Part shown: positions 49,201-57,700 of the stretch, one piece after another
How positions within the stretch are numbered: position 1 is the stretch's first letter
Layout: each line of letters begins with the position of its first letter
Assembly (NCBI GenBank): GCA_028707495.1
Contig: JAQWAS010000004.1
Span: forward strand, 3,157-67,156
DNA: 64,000 nt
From: Patescibacteria group bacterium
Lineage (GTDB): Bacteria; Patescibacteriota; Patescibacteriia; UBA2591; JAQWAS01
Direction: 5' to 3'
Notes under the pieces: model-generated
Told to the model about the DNA's origin: nothing
Database searches by the model: none
What the model saw: only the letters and a program-made list of their open reading frames with translations
Program-made: the position numbers and the translations under genes

Positions 49201-49804
49201 ATTCACAACAATCCAAGGGACAATTATTGAAAGCTTCATCGCCCTCACAAACACCATCGATTTTACAAACTAACGAACTACGCTCGACTTCACCTGAGCG
49301 TAAAGAAATCTGACCACTGGTTGAAGAAATATCAATTATTTTTCCTTGAGTTTTCATTTCTAGGGCCATTGTAATTTTACAATCTGGTCCTGATATTTTT
49401 CCACTGGGTGGAATAAAAATAATCTCATCACCACCAACGACGCTTTGAATATAAACTTTTTTAGGCAAAACTGTTTCTTGAATTTTTTCATTTTCATCAT
49501 AATCACCATCACCGTCATAATCAGCAAACAAAATATATCTGTCGCTTGGACTAGTAATTTTAACTCCATAACCACCCGCCGGACGCTCAGTCTGACCAGC
49601 TGGAATTTCTCCGGCCAAAGTTTTCATTTGAGCCTGACGCAAGACACTGGCCAACCTATCAGCTTCATCACTTAAACTCCTCTGACGTCCAGCCTCACGG
49701 TAATTAATTAAAACAATTCCCAATAATAAAACCATGATGCCGGTAGCCACCATTAATTCCGTAATAGTAAAACCGTGATGTTGTTTTTTTATTTTGGAAA
49801 ACAT
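46259..49804 (-). CDS. Giant type IV pilin-like protein (1181 aa): class III signal, Cys-rich module, two DUF2341-like domains, TSP3-like Asp-rich Ca-binding repeats, LamG/concanavalin-like domain
   Basis: N-terminus MFSKIKKQHHG|FTITELMVATGIMVLLLGIV. Two copies of the Y..ITI.N.....LTDYQVK..V..E...DF.DIRF...YW.ES.......AVFWVKVP.L..GDN.I.MYYG pattern typical of DUF2341. CSDGIDNDGDGSVDNDGDGSVD resembles TSP3-like repeats. GAYSFDGADYVATNL...LTANEILGLY resembles LamG. Confidence 0.7.
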   Translation of the reverse strand: MFSKIKKQHHGFTITELMVATGIMVLLLGIVLINYREAGRQRSLSDEADRLASVLRQAQMKTLAGEIPAGQTERPAGGYGVKITSPSDRYILFADYDGDGDYDENEKIQETVLPKKVYIQSVVGGDEIIFIPPSGKISGPDCKITMALEMKTQGKIIDISSTSGQISLRSGEVERSSLVCKIDGVCEGDEAFNNCPLDCCESDCTAIDDTLCHQECDGIGGCVLRPACNGVVGGAGICLDNNTMVPCCSGTPIDCPGDQLCCSGACQNVTCVADEDCGACQVCSGTDCDATCSPVACGLKLEGGSDDGCCPEGCTVENDSDCAGLAGYKYRTPITINNNSDQTLTDYQVKIQVNYEEGKMQPDFDDIRFTQTTNTIELNYWRESYRESYAVFWVKVPELDMGDNQIYMYYGNEDVATISNGDLTFDFFDDFIGTNLAANWATNVSGGTITVANGQVTLASTSIVPVSISSAFIPTSPSFFIETKHKEGAYYRNRFYAATNLGGGSPIGFDYGYFYNGASWAYTTGKCYWNGTWNTTVNANTDYITRWLRTDGTDTAYNWYTINYSTGAIIDTRTTTNSSLIRYITIRLSEAANTSTIVDWVRVRKYANSEPIVNYNLENEERLIFECSDGIDNDGDGSVDNDGDGSVDLVDEGCESTSDDDESNCGDDVCEGNETFINCEADCHFDFTDSKTITITNIASQILTDYQVKVIVDRELEMQEDFGDIRFLNADETQFLSYWMESSGDLYAVFWVKVPQLNIGDNNIKMYYGDPDLTSESSVANTFIREIDGVVGAWDFDTAGSYADTSGNGNNGTCFGTSCPTWISNGMRGGAYSFDGADYVATNLNIDQSSGHTTTMCAWAYPTNPMNTDDLMSTDNSGWDWAIEGHYGLWRIADGGAYRSTGVSMNLNTWQYVCAVFGSSNTSFYKNGLAVYSTGVTPGYDASDNNFRIGMNPGGSSEAWYGSIDDALVFNRSLTANEILGLYNNYGYTTTYHPGKVLIRKYVNPEPIVNFYHEDFEHGFGRWTSLGGTPTSSEYYYHDGIKSYTTNENKDIIQTRAIGERVTVYFYDNASDAEMTTGVWVDDGITTVFLGVDTDSTLGTGVENEYVYRIGSWGRTNITRTTGWHKFEFDYSSGSGVVLKIDDIVVATSSAISSFNRILLGDVWDWKVSVGDVYFDDLTIE

Positions 49805-49905
49805 TATTAAATAATTATTTTTAGAGAATAAAACCCTAGCGGAAAGTACATGGGGTTTGGGGTAACAACTAAATATTTTTTTTATATTATCCTAAATTTA
49901 GTTGT

Positions 49906-50027
49906 TGTCATCCTGAACTCTAGTCCGCCAAATCGGAGGATGTTTCAGGATCTGTTAACGCTTAAAAACTTAACTACAAATTGAGACGTCTCTCTTGGCC
50001 ACAGATGCTGAAATAAATTCAGCACGA
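49906..50027. repeat. Short palindromic repeat element, copy 2 (module A with the 27-nt insert inverted, 49906-49966; module B with a short loop, 49997-50027)
   Basis: Shares gtcatcctgaa...ttcaggatctgtta(a/g)cgct and ccacagatgctgaa...ttcagca(t/c)gac with 108-230. The 27-mer ctctagtccgccaaatcggaggatgtt at 49917-49943 is the reverse complement of 191-217. Confidence 0.6.
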
Positions 50028-50067
50028 CAATACTAATCCCTACTCACTACAACCTACTCACTACTCA

Positions 50068-50811
50068 CTAGCCCAATCCCAACAATTGCACCAAAGATTG
50101 TCCCCAAAACATAGTTATTAAAGTTGCTGTAGTTAAAAATGGTGCAAATGGTATGCGACTCTTCCAACCTTTTTGATTAAATAAAATTAAACTTATACCT
50201 ACAATCGAACCCAAAATATAAGCTAAAAATAAAGCGACCATTAATTCTGGCCAGCCTAATAAAAAGCCCATCATTAAACCCAAACGCATATCACCACCCC
50301 CAACCCATCGGCCCTTTGAAATTAAAAATTGAATTAGATAAAAACCTAAACCCACGCTACCAGCAATTAACAATTCCCACCAAACATAACCTAAAATTAA
50401 ATTTAAAATTAAAGCTAATCCAACAGCGGGTAAAACAATTTTATCTAAAATCAATTCATGTTTTAAATCATAAACAAAAATCACGATTAAAAATAAAATC
50501 ATCAGCCAATCTCGAGCTAACAACCACGTGTTATTAAAGTCTATCAAATAAGCTAAAACAAATAAGCCAGCCGCCGCTAATTCTACCCAAGGATATTGCC
50601 AGCTAATTTTTTGTTGACAATGCCGACACTTGCCTTTTTGAATTATAAAACTAACAATTGGAATTAATTCAAACCAACTTAAAAAATTTTTACATCGAGG
50701 ACAAAAAGACCGCCCCTTCCAAGGCGATGATTTTATTTCTAAACGATAAATTAGGCAGTTTAAAAAACTCCCCAAACACAAACCTAGGATGAAAACGCCT
50801 GCAATTATCAT
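50068..50811 (-). CDS. pilD: Prepilin peptidase (A24 family, PilD-like)
   Basis: N-terminal zinc-binding CPRC...CRHC tetracysteine, polytopic membrane profile, conserved Asp-containing loops (GGGDMRLG). Confidence 0.85.
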   Translation of the reverse strand: MIIAGVFILGLCLGSFLNCLIYRLEIKSSPWKGRSFCPRCKNFLSWFELIPIVSFIIQKGKCRHCQQKISWQYPWVELAAAGLFVLAYLIDFNNTWLLARDWLMILFLIVIFVYDLKHELILDKIVLPAVGLALILNLILGYVWWELLIAGSVGLGFYLIQFLISKGRWVGGGDMRLGLMMGFLLGWPELMVALFLAYILGSIVGISLILFNQKGWKSRIPFAPFLTTATLITMFWGQSLVQLLGLG

Positions 50812-51002
50812 ACTTATATTATAACACTTTTAAATTATTTTAAAAAGTAATTTTATTTACAAAAAAGAACCCCGCAAAGCATTCTTTAAATTCCATTGCT
50901 TTATTGTACTAAGATAACTTTTTCTAAGTTTGATAAGTATTTATATCTTTACAATAGTCGTCACTAAAACAAACCCAAACACTATTCCAAATTCAAATGC
51001 AC

Positions 51003-51034
51003 ACTTTAATAAAAAAGGGCGCTTTAGCGCCCTC
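51003..51034 (-). terminator. GC-clamp hairpin terminator (aaaaaagggcgc-ttta-gcgccctc)
   Basis: Immediately downstream of the 51034-51648 minus-strand CDS. Same design as 10905-10945 and 26605-26638. Confidence 0.5.
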
Positions 51035-51648
51035 TATATTTGCTTAATAAACGAATATTCGTCTATATCTCCCTCATACATAAAATTATAGAGTGTATAT
51101 TCTATTCTTGATCCGTTTTCTAAAATATAACCAACGGCATATCTTCTACGCCCAAACTCATATGTATCTAGATACAAAGAATCGCCATATACGCAAAAAA
51201 CGTTTAATGGACCTAAGGGTCCAAAACTAATTGCGCACATATATGAATAACCCTCGATTCTTTCTATATCATCAGTGTAGTTTATGCTTGTATATTTCCA
51301 TCTTCCGATTATATTTCTCCCCAACGATACATCAGCTTCAATAGTATCGCCGGGTAAGACGTCTACTATTTTGGGCACGGAAATATAAGTATCTTTTACT
51401 AAATCGATCGTATACTGGCCCTCCTTAAGCATAAAAATATGTGGTGAGTTGATCTGAGCAGAAGAATCATTGATTATGATTGTGCCCACATAATTACTGG
51501 GAATAGCTCCGACTCTTACCCAACCATAGCACAACGTATCAACTCCATCATCATCTGGTGGGTTGGTAACTACATTTTTACCACAACCCATAATCGCGAT
51601 GAAAATAACAAATAAGATGCACCCCCATGCAATCATCTTACTAAGCAT
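51034..51648 (-). CDS. Putative lipoprotein (204 aa), GC-richer single-gene insert inside the pilus/surface locus
   Basis: Lipobox-like AIMGC at the end of the signal peptide. Strong AAAGGAGG ribosome-binding site 7 nt upstream of the ATG. Codon usage unlike its neighbours. Own terminator. Confidence 0.5.
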   Translation of the reverse strand: MLSKMIAWGCILFVIFIAIMGCGKNVVTNPPDDDGVDTLCYGWVRVGAIPSNYVGTIIINDSSAQINSPHIFMLKEGQYTIDLVKDTYISVPKIVDVLPGDTIEADVSLGRNIIGRWKYTSINYTDDIERIEGYSYMCAISFGPLGPLNVFCVYGDSLYLDTYEFGRRRYAVGYILENGSRIEYTLYNFMYEGDIDEYSFIKQI

Positions 51649-51758
51649 AGCAATACCTCCTTTGGTATTTTTAAGTTTACAATGAACCTGTAAATGAATG
51701 TGATTTTATTATATTGTTTTTATTTATATTTGCCAAGTATGTTTATCTAAAATAATTA

Positions 51759-54700
51759 TTATTGAATTACTATAATTTGTTTATCAAAATTCACCCATGA
51801 TTCATTAGATGCAGTATTGCATTCATCTAAAAATTCACTCTTAAAACACCCGCTCTGGCCTCCGTTTGTGTGACAACTCCCCGTGCACCACCCCCAGTTA
51901 TCCTGAACCTGAATGCGCGGTTTGTAGATATTAACAGTTTGATTGATCCCATCTATGACCATATCTTTTTCACAATTGTCTTCTCTATCTATACGAAAAT
52001 CGCAAGAAGGCAAATCGTTTTTATAAGCATACACATGTGTCATGGCAAAATATGCATCATTCATACACCCTGCTTCGGAAGTCCCAAATGAGGTATTGTT
52101 GCAATCATCCCAGCGATTTTTCAATAAAACATTGTCTTTTTCCCAAGCATTTGATTCATCGCCAGCGTCGACTACTATTCTACGAATTGGCATCTGATTA
52201 TCATCTGCTTTGGCATAAAAACGAATCTCGGCGCGTTCACCGTTTTTAATAACTGGGCTACCATCAATATATTTATCAGTCGGACTAATTACGTCAAAAT
52301 TATTAGAAGTCTCCACACCTTTTACTTGTGGTGGAATGCCACAATAGGTTGTAGCCGTGCCAGCATCTCGAGTTGAAAAAGGACACAAGGTTGAAGGTGG
52401 CGACCACGCGTGTGTTGTTGTTAATAGATTATATTCAAAATCATCAATATTAAATTCATATACCCCATTGGCCGAAGCGAAAACTCTATCCAAACCACTA
52501 CTGATATAAGTAATCCCATCTCTCCAACTACTAGAATATATCGCATACATCGCCCCAGCATAATCAACGCACACACCTAACCCACTATTGTCGGTTATGT
52601 AGGTATCTAAAATGTTACTACTTGAACCAATCGCTCCCCATGGTTTACAATTTGAATTTAAATCTTTATCATCAATAGAACTAAAACCTATTGCTGTATC
52701 GTAATTTTGCATTCGACTAATATTCTGCCAATTATTAACCCGGTTCGTCCAAGCTTGTGTTAAAGTGGGAAAATTTGTGCTATTTTCCGTCACATCAACT
52801 ACCGTTTTACAACCTTGTTTGAGATGAATTTTTATATTTTCAATTAAAAAGGCTAAAGAACCGCCATAATCTTCCGCTCTTATTCCTATGGATTTTAATG
52901 AGTCATCATCGTTCCACCTCACCCAAAAACCTATTTTTCCCCCATCATCACAGGCGCTGCATTTTGGATATTTATCACCTTCCGAAATATCTCCTCCTAT
53001 ATAAATCTCGTCATCCCCACTTGAAATTTGTATTGACACATTTAGATAATTTGGGCAATCAGGACATCCCATACCATCGTTATTATCGTCATTCCCACAT
53101 CCACTATGTTCACAATTGTTTTCTCCGGTTGTATCTTCAAGAGAAAAATCCCCGTCAGGTGAATACACTTCTATATATATTTTTTCTATTTGATCTCTAA
53201 ATAAAGAATTGCCAAGCCAATTTCCAAAACTCCATTCGCTCCATGAGTCACCGGAACAATCCTTATTGTCAGCCACTTCATAATATCCACCCACAAAATG
53301 AGTAATTGGCGCACAACACCACTGGCCACAAACTGGAGATTTGTCACACATATTATCTCCGCAACCACTACAGCTTCCTTGCTTGCTTGGTCCACTAAAA
53401 AATTCTGTTGAATTATTTTTATCAATATTAATCACTGGTGCATCTTCCATCTCCTCCACACAATACCATGGTTGATCAGCAAAATAGGCTGCTTCTGGTT
53501 GGAGATTAAAAATTGAGACCTCGCCCAGAGTTTCATCCACCGGATCCCAAGACATACAAGCGTTAATATCTTCGTGTTGTGAGGGATCTGTTTCTAAACA
53601 ATATCCACCCCAAGAATAGTATAAATCATCGCGTTGTTTCAATGCACAACTCCCCATTTCAGATCCACAATCACTATCGGTTTTACACCGATTACCAATT
53701 TGATAGCCAGTATCCACTGAAACACAAATACCTTCCGGAATGCAAGTTTCTCCGGTTGGGTCGTCATTAACATCACCAATACACCCCGAAGTATTAATAT
53801 TATAATATCTAACTTCTGAACCATATTTAACTTTGCGATATTTTAATTGACATTCTTCACCGCTATCATCATCACACACATTAGCTTCCGGATAATATGG
53901 CCTACCCTGGGTTGTGTAAGCCTGCTCATCCATCCCAGCCGCAAAGGGACTATCCTTTTCAGCATATAAACGCGTACTGGCTTTAACTACGCATGCACCA
54001 TCGCCGCAAATTTGATTGTCTGGACATTGATCATCACTAGCACAGCGACAATGGTTAATAGTTAAATCACAAGTTTGGCTTAGGATACAGTCACTATCAT
54101 TAATACAAAAATCATTACTCAAACCATAGTCTATCCAACATTCATCACCATAACATTTTCCCGGACAACTGCTACTAGTATCTCCCTCAGAACAACCTTG
54201 TAAGTCTTCCTTATAAATATAAGTTCTGGCATAAAATTCCGGATCATCGGGCGCGCCAGTACCGTATTTTTGAGTGGTTAAAAATTCAATGGGTTCTAAA
54301 TTATTAATAGACCAACCAGAATAATCTTCGCCCTGCCAAGAAATATCGCGTTGTTGATAGGCCTCAACTGCTCTAGTCACAGCCACACACGTGCCAGCCC
54401 CGACATAGCTTCCACCTGGACAACTTGAAGTTAAACCATAATCCGTGCTACATACATTTCGACGATATCTATATTTATCATCCCAATCTTCTGATCGATC
54501 TAAACCCAAACAGGCTTCATTAATTCCACAATCAAAATCACTCAAACATGGTTCATTTATATGTGTCTCAACGTGAACCATACCCGACCCTGGACAAGTA
54601 CCTAGGGGATCCTCCGTATCACCAATTTGATTACACCGACCATAATTAATACATTTTGCTTTCCATTGACCTTCAATATTGTCCCATTCATAATCCGTAT

Positions 54701-57700
54701 CGGTGCAATATAACCATTCTGAACATTGACGATCACGCCTAACTTTTAAAATAGTATTTGTATCATCATAACCATAAATAAAATTGTCCGTGCCACCAGT
54801 TCCTCCAATTTCTCCATCACAACCACCGCCTGACGATTCTCCACAACTTGTTGGTGCCATACTTTTACCATCTTCTTCATCACTAGAAATATAAGTTCTA
54901 ACTGCGTTATATTTTAAATTCGACTGATTGGTGTTATTTAATAAGACGCAACCCTCTTTCAAAGACACCTGGCCGTTACACGAAGTTGTGTCTAATTGTT
55001 CATTATCTAAATAATAATAAGCATCAATCACTTTTAATTCTAAATTATCAAACAAGGTTGTGGCATTAAAACCAGCCTGACATTGTTTAATTCCACTTGA
55101 ATCACAAGATGATGGAGGTAAAACGACTTGAGCCTGAACTGATTTAAATATTTTAGACCATAATTTTTTAAACAAACTAGCCGTTACACCACCGCCACCA
55201 GACCAACTTCCGCTAATACTTTTTGTCGTACCTTGTAATCTAATACTAATTTTATTAACCTCATCGCCGGTCTTAAAGGCGCCTGAAATTTGATACCAAT
55301 TATCTATATCACCTAAATCACTTATTTTTACTTCCAAAGCTAAACCTTGATCCGGCCACTCTCCATTACCACGTTTATCGATAGATCTAATTATTGATTC
55401 AAAGCCATAAACCGATTCTAAACGCATACCCGGATTCTCATTAACTGACCCACTATAACCTGCTGGCCCAATTAATATTTTAGCAATATCTTCTTCGTGC
55501 AAAGCTTTTACTAAAGCTGTAAATTTATAAACTTGATTAGGCGCCACATCAATAAATTGATACACCTCAGCGGGTTTAATTTGCGTCGCCCCACAGCATG
55601 GACCATAATTATTCCATGGATTACCTGGCATAATAACACTCGAATTATTTGTGCCCTGAGTAGTATTGAGATAAGGTTTATTGCCAGACCATAATGTCGT
55701 TGGACTGGTTGTCGGAATAACGCCACTGCTAGTATTCCAGGCCGTCACATTCCAATCATCCACTGTCTCAAAATCCGCATCAGCAATTAAATTGTCTCCA
55801 TGAGCATATGTGTCAGCAAATAAAGTACACTGATTCATGTCTGTTTTACATTCACCAGCATAACCACTATATGTCGAATTTGTTCCATTGTCCCAATTTT
55901 CAATATAACCCGTATTGTTGCACAAATTATCAGTTCCCTTGATAAACCACTTGTTTTCTACGCCATGTCTATATTCACAAATAAAAGGATCTGGATCAAT
56001 AAAATAATTTGAACCACCCTGACTATCAACAAATTCCTCACAACCATCATGAGTAGCGTCACATAAAATAGCTCCTGAAATTGGCTTTTGGGGAGTAGAT
56101 TGATATTTTTCTGGATCATTAATTAAATAACGCTCACTCCAACTATAACCTTCCATGTTTTGGTCTGGCAAACCCAATCTTTGACAGCCTTTATTTTCAT
56201 AAGAACATTCGTAGCCTTCATTATAAATTAAAGGCAAAAATGCATCACTTGTTATAGTTATATTATCTATTAAACTCTCGCCATCTAAAGGATTATCATT
56301 ATTTTTGTTAAACGTCTGTGCATAAGGTGAAATTGAATTTTGTGTATTAATAAATATCTGACAACCAACTACCTCTGACGAACATAAACTACTAAATGAT
56401 TTTAAATAATATTCTTGATTGGATGAATCACGGTAAGCCTGACAACCCAATTCGCCATCACAAACACTGGGATCGTCCCAAGAATTTTGAATTAAAAATA
56501 TGTTTTCGTTAACTTCGGTTAAAATTATTTTATCTAAAAAGTAATTAAATGAACCAGTCGCACCAAAAACAACAGACGATGAGTCAGACCAAGTTTGATC
56601 TATAAAAATAGGTCCAAATTTATAATAACCCCAATCTCCTATCAAAGTAGCGGTATAAACTTCTGATGAGTTAGAGCCATCACTTAATTGTGCATTCACC
56701 GTTCCCAAACCCTTAGCCCAAAAAGATAATATATATGATTTATTTATTTCTGGTGGAGATATAAATCTTCGAGAATTATTAGTAATATTAATTGAGTGTC
56801 CGCCAATTTCTAAATTTTCATTTGATAAAACACAATTTCCGCCCAAGCATAACCAATCAGTTGGAGAAATCATACCATTTTCAAAATCATCACTAAAAAT
56901 TTCTTTGATATTGTTAGAAAAATTACCTTTATATTCTCGACAACCGACGTTATTGGTCGTGCACATAACACTTTCATTGGCCATTAAATTAAACAAACAC
57001 TCTCCGTTGTACCAATGGCCGACGGGGCAATCTTCATTATTTAAGACTTCATCTCCTGTCACGTCAGTTAAAGTTTTACGATACGGATAACACTCATTCG
57101 AACAGGTTATAACTTTATTACGATCAGTATGATAAATATTTCCATTTTCATCATAATATTCTAAACAATCTGGGTCATCACCATAAGTGCAAGAATCTGC
57201 CATGCCACATTGAGCAGCGGCCGGTTCCCAAGCACCCTGTAATTCAGTGCATGGCTCTACTCCATAATTCGAAATTAAATTATGTGGCTTTAATTGATAG
57301 CCTAAACGATCATCACCCTCCCAAGTGTAATATGTTTGACATAAATTATTACTAGGTTTTTGACAATTACGTACTGCAGAATAATATTCCAAACCCTCAC
57401 CGCCGGTTGCTATGTCATCTAAGTTAGTATATTCAGCACACCCAACCTGATTTGCTGCACAGGTTTGACCGCTTTCTGCAATCATATCAATAAAACCATC
57501 CGTAACATTATGACTATCCCATTCTAAAGGCACTTGTTTATAAGTCTGGAAACCATTACATTCTGGCAGACACATATCATCCTCAGAAACAATGGCAGTT
57601 AAAGCTGGATCATTATTTTCGGGGGTATATTCTTCACAGCCAATATCACGAGCACTACAACTAGCTATATAATTTGAACAATATGGCGAATCATTATCTT

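Noticed and set aside
50036-50070. tactcacta-type short tandem repeats at 50036-50070
   Set aside because: Only about 3 imperfect copies, overlapping the 3' end of the prepilin peptidase gene. No evidence of function.
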